NCBI RefSeq assembly: GCF_964355755.1
Contig: NC_092670.1
Location: 25,716,795-25,780,794 of the forward strand
Length of the DNA: 64,000 nt
Origin: Antedon mediterranea
Lineage: Eukaryota > Animalia > Echinodermata
Direction of reading: 5' to 3'
The translations under genes and the position numbers were made by a program. This document shows, in pieces, positions 1 to 10,989 of the stretch. The notes under the pieces are model-generated. The model did not search any database. It was given only the letters and a program-made list of their open reading frames with translations, and was not told the DNA's origin. Position 1 is the first letter of the stretch. Each line of letters begins with the position of its first letter.

Positions 1-61
1 CTGCCATAAGCCTTGGAAACTTTCCGCAAGTAAAACAGATAAGTGGTTGTGAGAAAGATCC
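1..61 (-). CDS. Coding exon 2 (runs off the window) of an LRR-containing secreted or receptor protein
   Basis: Acceptor ttttgtatAG at 63-62. Phase-2 join with exon 1 gives (M)DLSHNHLSVLLAESFQGLWQ, matching the extracellular LRR consensus LxLxxNxLxxLxxxxFxxL. Confidence 0.85.
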
Positions 62-468
62 CTATACAAAAATAATATTTATACCATAAATAAAACTTAT
101 TTTCTTCACTGATTCATTCATTATCGTTAGTTAGGTTTAAGTACAAAATAATTTTTTTTCCTGATGTCAGAAAATATATAATGTAACTGAAAAATAAATA
201 ATTTTGAGTTTATAATCATTTAATATCAAATTATTATTTATTATTTACTGATTACTGATTACAGATTACTATTACTATCATTGTCATTGTCAAATATCTA
301 TTTGATCTGCATATCACGTGACTTTAATCCCATGTCGTAACTCTATATATATATATATATATATATAGGCAAAGAACATCAATTCCAAACCGCCCGGCGA
401 CATACCGAAACTTAATTAATTAATTTTAAACGATAAAGATGAGGAAATCTGTGAGAATGAGAAAAAGT

Positions 469-540
469 CGCCCCAACCGAGACTCGAACTCGGACCGTCT
501 GCTTGATATGCAGTTGCCCTAACCATTAGACCACTGGGGC
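469..540 (-). tRNA. tRNA-like cloverleaf, anticodon ATC, inside the repeat unit
   Basis: GCCCCAG TG GTCT AATGGTTA GGGC A ACTGC ATATCAA GCAGA CGGT CCGAG TTCGAGT CTCGG TTGGGGC G (72 nt), with A and B boxes, followed by TTTTT. Confidence 0.7.
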
Positions 541-834
541 TTTCATGGTATTGTTCAAACTCGATTGGATAGCGACTCTTTAACATTCTCGGCGTGGTAT
601 ACGGCGGAACAGCACTAGTCCTCAGTTGTACACACGCGCAACAGAGATCAAATTGATACGCCCTCATCTTACAGTATTTTTATTCACGAGGCGGGATCTC
701 CGAAGAGATACTTTTATATATATAAACACAGTAGGCAAAGAACATCAATTCCAAACCACCCGGCGACATACCGAAACTTAATTAGTTAATTTGAAACGAT
801 AAAGATGAGGAAATCTGTGAGAATGAGAAAAAGT

Positions 835-906
835 CGCCCCAACCGAGACTCGAACTCGGACCGTCTGCTTGATATGCAGTTGCCCTAACCATTAGACCAC
901 TGGGGC
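835..906 (-). tRNA. tRNA-like cloverleaf (ATC), second unit
   Basis: Same sequence as 469-540. Confidence 0.7.
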
Positions 907-1849
907 TTTCATGGTATTGTTCAAACTCGGTTGGATAGCGACTCTTTAACATTCTCGGCGTGGTACGGCGGAACAGCACTAGTCCTCAGTTGTACACACG
1001 CGCAACAGAGATCAAATTGATACGCCCTCATCTTACAGTATTTTTATTCACGAGGCGGGATCTCCGAAGAGATACTTTTATATATAAACACAGTAGGCAA
1101 AGAACATCAATTGCAAACCGCCCGGCGACATACCGAAACTTAATTAATTAATTTGAAACGATAAAGATGAGGAAATCTGTGAGAGAGATTTAATAATAGG
1201 CCTAGCCTAGTCTAGGCCTATTATTAAGTATTAGTTTTAGGCCTAGCCTAGAGGTATGGTCTCTATCTAGGCTCTTGGCTAGCTAGGCCTAGTAGTAGTA
1301 TTTCAATAATTACATTATTATAGGCCCCAATTAGATCTAGCCTAGGCCCTAGCATTATGTCTTATGCCTACTAGATAGGCACCTAGGCCTAGAAGCATAG
1401 AAGACTAGCCTAGGCGCTTGCCATAAATAAAGGTCTCTGTTTGGCTGAAATATGTTTATTGTTTGCTTCCCAATAAAATGTCGGTCATGCAAGCGGTATT
1501 TAAAACGATCTTTTATCGTACCACGATAGAATCGTTAGTTACCGGTACCGTCCTAGTGTGAACGGTTCTATTGTTTTTAACTTAAGCGTGTATCGTCATA
1601 GTTATCATCGTAGGCCTAGTAGTAACAGCAGTAGCAGTGGTGTATCCAGAATGTTGAAGTCGGGGGGGGGGGGGCGGCGATTTTTTTTTTTCGTACATAA
1701 GTTGGGGACCCCCTCATGAAACGTCACAAAATAAACATGAATAATTCATCAGTTAAATTTTCTTGTTCCGTGTGCACCCAAGCGTATAGCAACAAGAAGT
1801 GATTACACAACTGCGATACGATACTTTTACAGTAGGCCTAGGATTCTAA

Positions 1850-2775
1850 CGCCCGTATTCTTAAACCGGACTTTAGTCGTAGTTCGAAGTTCGACTTGGA
1901 AAAGTCGTAGTTCGAGCTATTACTTCAAATTCGATTCAAAAACGAAGTAGTCGAAGTTTTCAGTTCGACTTAATGAAGTCGAGCTTTTAGTCGAGTTGCA
2001 CACGTCTGGGTAACAAAGGCTATACATTGGCCAATGACAAGAGAGTATTTGAGGAGCAGACGAAATTTTGCGCATTGATATCACTTTCCATTTCTTACAA
2101 CACTTTTTACGCATCAGGACTATATACATGAAAAATAATTTTAATCGTTAATTATTAGAACAATATCAGTATTAATTTAACAGTGAAGTATATTTGATTA
2201 ACAACAAATAAAATCTTAAAAATATATTTAGGAACCATGGCGGTACGGTAACTTTTATATTTTCTAGGACCCAACAAAGTATGATCGCCACGAACCACGC
2301 ACTTCATAGCGTGACAAGAAAGCGCTAGGCCCCCTAAACATTCCATCGCGTGGTGAATTGCCGCATCTCCCATTGTCGCTATGGCGTGACGTAGCTCAAG
2401 TCGGACTTGCGCGAAGAAAATAATGTAATTTGTATACAGTTGTAAATAAAGATGATTTTCATTATTATAATTTATACCAATGTATATTTAATTAAGCTAA
2501 TATAAATATAGATATTTCATTCTTCAATATCTGGCCAATATAACAACTCAATGACTGTTACGTTTTTTATAAACATCGTTTAAAAACCATTTAGTCGACC
2601 ATTTAGTCTGCCCCCTCCAGGACTAAAAAAATCGATCAAAATCCGTCTCGATTTAGTCGAGGTTGGCCTGATTTAGTCGGTGATTTAGTTGAAGTTCGGT
2701 TTATGAATTAAAATGACGTCATTTTTTTAGTTTTAGCTCGAACTACGACTAAGGTCCGGTTTAAGAATACGGGCG
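1850..2775. mobile_element. PIF/Harbinger-type MITE, family A, copy 1
   Basis: TIR CGCCCGTATTCTTAAACCGGAC, TAA TSD on both sides; near-identical to 8030-8956. Confidence 0.9.
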
Positions 2776-2885
2776 TAAGTCAATTCACGTGATTGCCTTC
2801 GCGCACTCTTCTTCATACACACACACCACTATGCAAAATGTGTCGAGTCGAGGCTAATCGACAGCTAGGCAAGACATTACACTAA

Positions 2886-3655
2886 AGCCCCTTTCTCACA
2901 GATGTGCCTGCAATATACCGGTACAGTGCTGGCGTCGTGCCGGTATCGTTACCGGCATATAACCATTCTCATCGGACTATCGTGCCGGAAATATAACCGG
3001 TATATACCGGCTTTCTGTGAGAAAGGAGTCGGGCATATTCGGCCAATAAAAAGTCTCTGACAAAATAATTATTGAGGGCGTCCTTTAATGTTATTATTTT
3101 TGTCTAGCGATGATATGGCGGCGAATGTCAAGTTACAGATTATTATCTTCCTTTATAGCATATTTATGCAATACATGCTATGTACAGTATATTGTGCATA
3201 TATTATACAGGTATAGCAATTAATTTGTCGTCATCGGCAATCTGTAAAACACCTTAGAAGGCTGTAGGCCTACAATTTACAAGGCGACGAAAGGTCAGGC
3301 ACCAACAAACAAAGAGCTAAATGGCCTAGCCTAGCGGCCTATAGATTATGCTACAAATTTCTTCTTGTCCCCTTATTTTAAGCAGCTCTCTTATCTCATT
3401 ATCCCTCCAGTTCGACATTATTATTGTTAATTGAATTGAATAGGCGCCAAAGTGATACACTTGACCGCGCAATGTGTAAAAGCCTCGACGGGGAACCCCG
3501 GAATATAACGGCGATACGTTCTCACAGAATGCCCGTCTTGCTGGCATTGCGGGGAATATTACTAGGTCTAAAGCAGGTCATGTCGATGCCGGCATGGTGC
3601 CGACATGATGCCAAGATGACCCGTTCTCACAGAAAACCATACCGGCATGGTAATG
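2886..3655. mobile_element. Internally deleted Harbinger remnant with a Myb/SANT-like ORF start
   Basis: TAA|AGCCCCTTTCTCACAG terminus and repeated TTCTCACAG motifs. Minus-strand MSNWRDNEIRELLKIRGQEEI resembles the N-terminus of the Harbinger Myb/SANT protein. Right end not found. Confidence 0.6.
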
Positions 3656-4829
3656 TAATTCATTGGACATAGCCCAAAGAAAGCTTAGACCCACAAGAAT
3701 AAAGAATGTGTAGGCTATAATTTGTGTAGGCCTACTGTATTTTTTTAATTCTGCTATTTTATTATCAAACAATATGCATGTAATCAAAGGAACTGCGCGT
3801 ATATGAACACATGAGATGGGAAGGTTAGACCCACGAGAATAAAAAATGTATTTTTGTGTAATGTTTATTGTTTAATTTTGCTGACTCTAACACACACGTC
3901 ACACACACCAACACAGCTACTACTAGAATAGACATGGGTTTAGAGAATAGTAATTAGGTCTAATAGTATCAATAGAAACTATAATTTTAACACGTAATTC
4001 TTTAGTAATAAATTATATTAAACACACCATAAACTAAAGGCTGATTATTTCGACAATCCACACAAAACGCCGCTATTCTATTATGAAATCGCACGCGGCA
4101 ACCACAGCGGAGATAGGCCTAGAATCGTACCGCACTTGTGTAAACTACTGTAATCACTTCTTGTTGCTATACGCTTGGGTGCACTCGGAACAAGAAAATT
4201 TAACTGATGAATTATTCATGTTTATTTTGTGACGTTTCATGAGGGGGTCCCCAACTTATGTACGAAAAAAAAAATCGCGGCCGGGAATTGCCAATTTGCC
4301 GACTAAATCAGTGTCATTACCTACGCCATTTTTGGTTTAAATAATTACATATAATTACGTTTTTTAGTAATTTATTTTATATATCACCATTGGAAATATC
4401 AATAAAACATGTTATTAAATGCTTATGAAATATATAAAGTTGTTTAGGCCTAATTAACGGAATTCGGACAAATTCATTGCTCTAACTTTGTGTAGTACGG
4501 TACCGATCAGAGAGCCATGTGACTTTATGGTAAACGCGCAAGAGAAACATTCCGCTGCCGGTGATTTGCATTCACCAATCAAATCAACCAGAATCCAAAA
4601 TCATTCAACCGTGAGTAATGCCAATCACGGGAAAGCCCAGCTTTGATTGGCTTACGATGACATCATATCACAATAATGGTGGTTTTGTAGTTGAACCTCG
4701 CGGAATATTCTGTTCTAAAAATGAAATACATGGATTTTTGTTATGGTATGTTTGCCTTTTCTGTAAAAAATGTGAATAATAAAGGCCTCATATCGAGAAA
4801 AAACCGGGGCTTTTGGCAAATATATTTAA

Positions 4830-5240
4830 AGCCCGGCGCACACTAGAGCTTCCGGCTGAGCCAACTGCCACGAGTAACACTTGCCTCACAGTGTGCGCCG
4901 GGGATTTCGTGAGGAATCGGCCACGCGTGCCGCTGAGGAAAATATCTATCGTGTTTAATATTTTTTGGCACGCGTGCCATTTTCCTCAAGTGTGCGCCGA
5001 ACGTGAGCTTCCTGCTCACTAAAAAATTCCACTGCGCATGACATGACGTTCTGATTTATTATGATATTTCAGCGCGTGCTGAATAGCGTAGTAAGTAATT
5101 ATCCAATCAGAAAATCGCGTACTGAAGGCGTTTAGTGTGCGTCCGATAGAACGCGAACATAGTTTGCGGCAATTTTTTTAGTGAGCCAAGTGTTACTCGT
5201 GCCAGTTGGCTCAGCCGAAAGCTCTAGTGTGCGCCGGGCT
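4830..5240. mobile_element. Harbinger-type MITE
   Basis: TIR AGCCCGGCGCACACTAGAGCTT...; TAA TSD at 4827-4829 and 5241-5243. Confidence 0.9.
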
Positions 5241-6159
5241 TAAGGGAAAAAGCACATGGCATGTGGAACTATATAATCTTAGCGTAGGAAGACATACAAA
5301 TCCCAGGTCATGAGAGGCTCAACTACAAAAACAATCTAGCGCGTACGGCCGTACGTGCTAGATAGATGATAAGATATTTTAACCACATTTTTTACGTGGT
5401 TGGTTAGATGTAATGAAAATTAAAAATAGTTGATCTGAAGGGAATGATATGATTATGTAAATAAACAAACACTCAAAAGAATTATGTTTACAGTTCAACT
5501 ATTGTCAGAATAATAGTTTATTCTTATTTGCCTAACTTTATTTTCCCCGGCACTTTTGTTTGCCGACGGACGCGATGATGTGCCGACGGACACAAAATCA
5601 GGGGAGGGGGAGGAGAGATACGCCACTGGATAGTACGCCACTGAGCAGTAGCCTAGTAAGCTAAGCAAGTTTAATAAATCCGGTCACATGTTTCGTCCTG
5701 ATTCTCCTATTTTATACTTTGTCAAATTCACGCTGGATACGGTATACATTTTGACTAGGCCTGGGCTAGCCTAGGCCTAGGCCTATTCCTATTTATTATT
5801 GAAACTTACAATGATTTTAGTTGGTGCAGTCCTGAGAAGTCACCCCGATTAACTGCAGAGACCTCATTAAAAGACATATTTCTATATATTATAAACAAGA
5901 CAAGAAGTATGTTAAAAGGATACTGTTAAAATTAGTTGTCAGTAGATACACGCCTAGCCTAAGATAACGGCCTAAGCTGGTCTAATAGGCTATAGGCCTA
6001 GACATAACCTAGGCCTAGGCCTTAAATAGAAAGTTCTTGTAACATCTGGACATAATTATACGCCGGTACTGCCTAGCTAGGCCAGCCAGGCATAGCCTAG
6101 GCCAGCCAGGCATAGCCTAGGCTAGGCCTGTGTAAATAATTCATAAGCCTATAACTTAC

Positions 6160-6359
6160 ATAGAAGTAGTAAATGGTGGTCCAACATCAGCTAAATTTGA
6201 CGGAATCATCATAAGTTTGTGGCAAGAAATTGTACTAATATTGAAATCGAAGGCACAAATACAATTTATCGGACAAAACTCAGGAGACGACAGTTCTGTA
6301 CTTAAAACGAAAGCATTTGTAAGTGAAAATACAACCATAAAAAATGTTAATACATACAT
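6160..6359 (-). CDS. Coding exon 1 of the LRR protein (signal peptide + LRRNT cysteine cap)
   Basis: Hydrophobic leader MYVLTFFMVVFSLTNA, then CPINCIC...ISC..LMMIPSNL (LRRNT). Donor AT|GTAAGT at 6159. Confidence 0.85.
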
Positions 6360-6652
6360 GATTATTAAACTAAAAACGAATGCACAACATTTTCAAGAAT
6401 TTGTTAGCATTTACGAATAAAAATAGCGTGCTTGTTTAGCGCGTGCTATACGTTCTACGATGCGCGCCTGCGTGAAATTTGCTTAGAGGGAATGCCCGCG
6501 CACACTAGAACCAAAGAACTCCTGGGGCGGATTGCTATAAGCGGTCTATCGCCCGTATTCTTAAACCGGACTTTAGTCGTAGTTCGAGCTAAAACTAAAA
6601 AAATGACGTCATTTTAATTCATAAACCGAACTTCAACTAAATCACCGACTAA

Positions 6653-7227
6653 TACCCCTTTCACACCAAAAGCAAAACTCCGGAGACACTCCGGAGACAC
6701 CCCGGAGTTGACGCCCCGCTGTTTGGTGTGAAAGGTAAAATCAAGCAACTCCGGAGTTTAAAACTGCGGGGTTGAACAGCTGAACATTCTCCGGAGAGCG
6801 AACTGCGGGGACACCCCGGTGTTTTGGTGTGAAAGGTACCAACATCAAACTCCGGAGTGTTTCGGGTCAAAAGGTCATCCTCACACGATCACTCATTGCT
6901 TTAGTTTTATTTAAATACTTTAAATATTTGTACAAAATATATAGCGGGTTTAAAAAATAATAAGTAGTATAAATAAAATATTATATTACTTCTGAGACTT
7001 TTGAAAGTAATTATTAAATTAAAAATATTGTTAATTAAAATTATTCTAATGATCGTTGCGATGTAAACAAACAAAATAGAGGGCGACATTTACAATTTTA
7101 TTTTATAAACTCCGGAGTTGCTAGGTTGGTGTGAAAGGGGTATCTCCAGAGTTTCTCGACGTTTTGAATGGTCATAAACCCCGGGGTGTCTCCGGAGACA
7201 CTCCGGAGTTTTGGTGTGAAAGGGGTA
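6653..7227. mobile_element. Harbinger-type MITE (TACCCCTTTCACACC termini)
   Basis: TIRs plus TAA TSD inside MITE A; many CTCCGGAG subrepeats. Confidence 0.9.
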
Positions 7228-8029
7228 TAAATCAGGCCAACCTCGACTAAATCGAGACGGATTTTGATCGATTTTTTTAGTCCTGGAGGGGGCAGGCTAA
7301 ATGGTCGACTAAATGGTTTTTAAACGATGTTTATAAAAAACGTAACAGTCATTGAGTTGTTATATTGGCCAGATATTGAAGAATGAAATATCTATATTTA
7401 TATTAGCTTAATTAAATATACATTGGTATAAGTTATAATAATGAAAATCATCTTTATTTACAACTGTATACAAATTACATTATTTTCTTCGCGCAAGTCC
7501 GACTTGAGCTACGTCACGCCATAGCGACAATGGGAGATGCGGCAATTCACCACGCGATGGAATGTTTAGGGGGCCTAGCGCTTTCTTGTCACGCTATGAA
7601 GTGCGTGGTTCGTGGCGATCATACTTTGTTGGGGGCCTAGAAAATATAAAAGTTACCGTACCGCCATGGTTCCTAAATATATTTTGAAGATTTTATTTGT
7701 TGTTAATCAAAAGTACTTCACTGTTAAATTAATACTGATCTTGTTCTAATAATTAACGATTCAAATTATTTTTCATGTATAGTCCTGATGCGTAAAAAGT
7801 GTTGTAAGAAATGGAAAGTGATATCAATGCGCAAAATTTCGTCTGCTCCTCAAATACTCTCTTGTCATTGGCCAATGTATAGCCTTTGTTACCCAGACGT
7901 GTGCAACTCGACTAAAAGCTCGACTTCATTAAGTCGAACTGCAAACTTCGACTACTTCGTTTTTGAATCGAATTTGAAGTAATAGCTCGAACTACGACTT
8001 TTTCAAGTCGAATTTCGAACTACGACTAA

Positions 8030-8956
8030 CGCCCGTATTCTTAAACCGGACTTTAGTCGTAGTTCGAAGTTCGACTTGGAAAAGTCGTAGTTCGAGCTAT
8101 TACTTCAAATTCGATTCAAAAACGAAGTAGTCGAAGTTTGCAGTTCGACTTAATGAAGTCGAGCTTTTAGTCGAGTTGCACACGTCTGGGTAACAAAGGC
8201 TATACATTGGCCAATGACAAGAGAGTATTTGAGGAGCAGACGAAATTTTGCGCATTGATATCACTTTCCATTTCTTACAACACTTTTTACGCATCAGGAC
8301 TATATACATGAAAAATAATTTTAATCGTTAATTATTAGAACAATATCAGTATTAATTTAACAGTGAAGTATATTTGATTAACAACAAATAAAATCTTAAA
8401 AATATATTTAGGAACCATGGCGGTACGGTAACTTTTATATTTTCTAGGCCCCCAACAAAGTATGATCGCCACGAACCACGCACTTCATAGCGTGACAAGA
8501 AAGCGCTAGGCCCCCTAAACATTCCATCGCGTGGTGAATTGCCGCATCTCCCATTGTCGCTATGGCGTGACGTAGCTCAAGTCGGACTTGCGCGAAGAAA
8601 ATAATGTAATTTGTATACAGTTGTAAATAAAGATGATTTTCATTATTATAATTTATACCAATGTATATTTAATTAAGCTAATATAAATATAGATATTTCA
8701 TTCTTCAATATCTGGCCAATATAACAACTCAATGACTGTTACGTTTTTTATAAACATCGTTTAAAAACCATTTAGTCGACCATTTAGTCTGCCCCCTCCA
8801 GGACTAAAAAAATCGATCAAAATCCGTCTCGATTTAGTCGAGGTTGGCCTGATTTAGTCGGTGATTTAGTTGAAGTTCGGTTTATGAATTAAAATGACGT
8901 CATTTTTTTAGTTTTAGCTCGAACTACGACTAAAGTCCGGTTTAAGAATACGGGCG
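8030..8956. mobile_element. MITE family A, copy 3, inserted into the terminal repeat of copy 2
   Basis: TAA TSD splits the host sequence GACTAA|A(G/T)TCCGG. Confidence 0.9.
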
Positions 8957-9309
8957 TAAATTCCGGTTTAAGAATACGGGTGATAGACTCTTTTCTCATA
9001 CGTTTTTGGGTCCAGCAGGTTAGACCTATAAATTAGTCGAGAGGTGTGATGTGCCGAAGGCTAGAGGGCGTACTCCAGACTGAAAAGTGATTTCAACAGG
9101 AGGCCGTAAATGTGTTCAAACACATTATTTAATATAAAAAATAATAATCTAATATTATACAGACATTGCCTGCTTAGACATCCAAGAGAATGATATTTTG
9201 TTTGAGGGAATATATATTTCCCGAAGTGCTAGCTGATAGAAATATATTTCTCAAAAACATCATTCCCAAGGGGTTTTTAAAATCTTAAAAGGCGATATCT
9301 AGTATATAA

Positions 9310-10421
9310 TACCCTTTTTACACTATCGACTGAGAGAGGAACACGAGTTGAACTCGGAGGCAATTTCCATTTACACTAGCCAAAAAAACTGCGAGATGAA
9401 CTTGAGTTGCGCCCATTTACACTACATCGATCACCCCGGTGCTGTCAATCAAATTACTATTGCAAGCGCACACGTGGAACTTAACTGACTATGGTTTAAA
9501 CGTTTAACACTGGAACATATCGACAAATCTCATATAAAAACATAATAATCCGAATTTACACACAATTTATTTAATTTTGAATATAGTCCAGTGTTATATT
9601 TTCTTTGTGGCTATTAAGATTATCATTTATTATTTTAAAAATTAGGGCCTAACAATTATTTTTCTTTTTAAAATGACTACATTTCCGCCTTGTAGACTGC
9701 ACGTACATTAAATAGGCCCTAAATTGTTAGGTTGCCGTAAAAATAGGGTAGGTACGGTAAGTATTTAAAATAAAAAATGTATTTGTTAATTAGCATAACA
9801 ATCAATGAAGGAAAATTATTATATGGTACTTTTTCTGTTCCTAAAAAAGATATCATTTTCATCCATTGAGACGTCAGTATTATATATATTTCTCTCTCTT
9901 TCAATAATTAAGCCTACATAGAATCGGTCACACAATATTACATTATTTTAGGCTTTCTGGTAAGGTAGAATGCACACGAACATTTCAATATTTTCAGCAG
10001 AAAAGAAAAGTCATAAATTTGTTTGTGCCTTTAAAAGAAAATAACGAACAGCACAACATATCGTACAATTATTGTTTTAAGCAAAAAAGGTGTATTTTAA
10101 GCAAAAAAACCTATTTTGTTTGCATAATATATTGTATTTCTGTGACAACATGTTAAATTTTCACGTCAATGACCTTTAACAGCTCGGTGTTGAACCACAA
10201 AAACCGTTTACACTTCGTGTCTCCGATGTAGATTCGACTACACCGGAGAATGTACACCGGAAAACATTCAGCTTCGTTTCACCCCGGGGAGAGCACACCG
10301 GGGTGGTCGGATTTTCCCATTTACACCAGTCAATAAAAACCACAACACCGGAGTTTAACGGCCCGGTGTACTAACAACTGCGGGGTTACACCGCTGTTAC
10401 GGTGATAGTGTAAAAGGGGTA
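9310..10421. mobile_element. Harbinger-type MITE (TACCCTTTTTACACTATC termini)
   Basis: Terminal inverted repeats, TAA/TTA flanks, internal TTTACAC subrepeats. Confidence 0.8.
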
Positions 10422-10734
10422 TTATATAGCCAACAACAAGTTGAATATCTACTGCTGAGTCAGGTGTAGCTAGGCCTCCTTTAATGTAATATTAAGCCTG
10501 CCTAGTTAGGCGTTCCGAAGAATAATATACAGATAATTACTAATTACGCCCTCTAGCCTTCGGCACATCACACCTCTCGACTAATTTATAGGTCTAACCT
10601 GCTGGACCCAAAAACGTATGTGAAAAGAGTCTATGAGGGCTCACGGTTGAACGATTTTGGATTCTCGCCCTTTAATTGGTTGCCGCAAATCAACAGACTG
10701 CGGAAGAATTTTTACGTCACGTGTTGTCTCTGTT

Positions 10735-10989
10735 GAGTGGAGTTGTGGCTTGGTGGTTATGATGCTTGGCTACCACTCCAAGGGTCCTGAGTTCAAGTCC
10801 CGTCACATGTCAGGATTTTTTCTAAGGACCAAATTACAACTCCCCTCCCAAAGACTTGTAATAAGACTTTGTTTATGTAGAGCATCTTGTGTATATGTTT
10901 GTCTTGTAAAACTCTGAGGGTTCCTAATGATCAGCATTAGCTGGATGGATCACCCTCATTAAATATGGTTTAAAAAAAAAAAAAAAAAA
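10735..10989 (+). mobile_element. tRNA-derived SINE with a LINE-like 3' tail and poly(A)
   Basis: A box TGGCTTGGTGG, B box GAGTTCAAGTCC, ends in an A-run. Confidence 0.75.

Larger units (their letters stand above)
366..1185 (-). repeat. Tandem array (~2.2 units) of a 366-bp tRNA-containing repeat
   Basis: Near-identical units offset by 366 bp (tRNA at 469 and 835). Abuts (TA)n at 344-367. Confidence 0.95.
1677..4278. mobile_element. Segment bounded by ~130-bp inverted repeats (nested TIR element, or internal structure of the hAT element)
   Basis: 1677-1807 is the near-perfect reverse complement of ~4149-4278. No clear TSD. Confidence 0.65.
1635..5643. mobile_element. Non-autonomous hAT-type element hosting nested insertions
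   Basis: Termini CAGTGGTGTA...TACGCCACTG with a perfect 8-bp TSD AGCAGTAG (1627-1634 and 5644-5651). Confidence 0.85.
6550..8982. mobile_element. MITE family A, copy 2 (opposite orientation), carrying two nested insertions
   Basis: Reverse complement of 1850-2775 once 6653-7227 and 8030-8956 are removed. Its own TSD is not evident. Confidence 0.85.

Noticed and set aside
416-979. Recurrent ORFs (..YHESPSGLMVRATAYQADG..)
   Set aside because: They are translations of the tRNA-containing repeat, and frames and stops differ among copies.
1920-2129. ORF repeated three times (MRKKCCKKWKV..)
   Set aside because: Lies inside non-coding MITE family A and shows no transposase motif.
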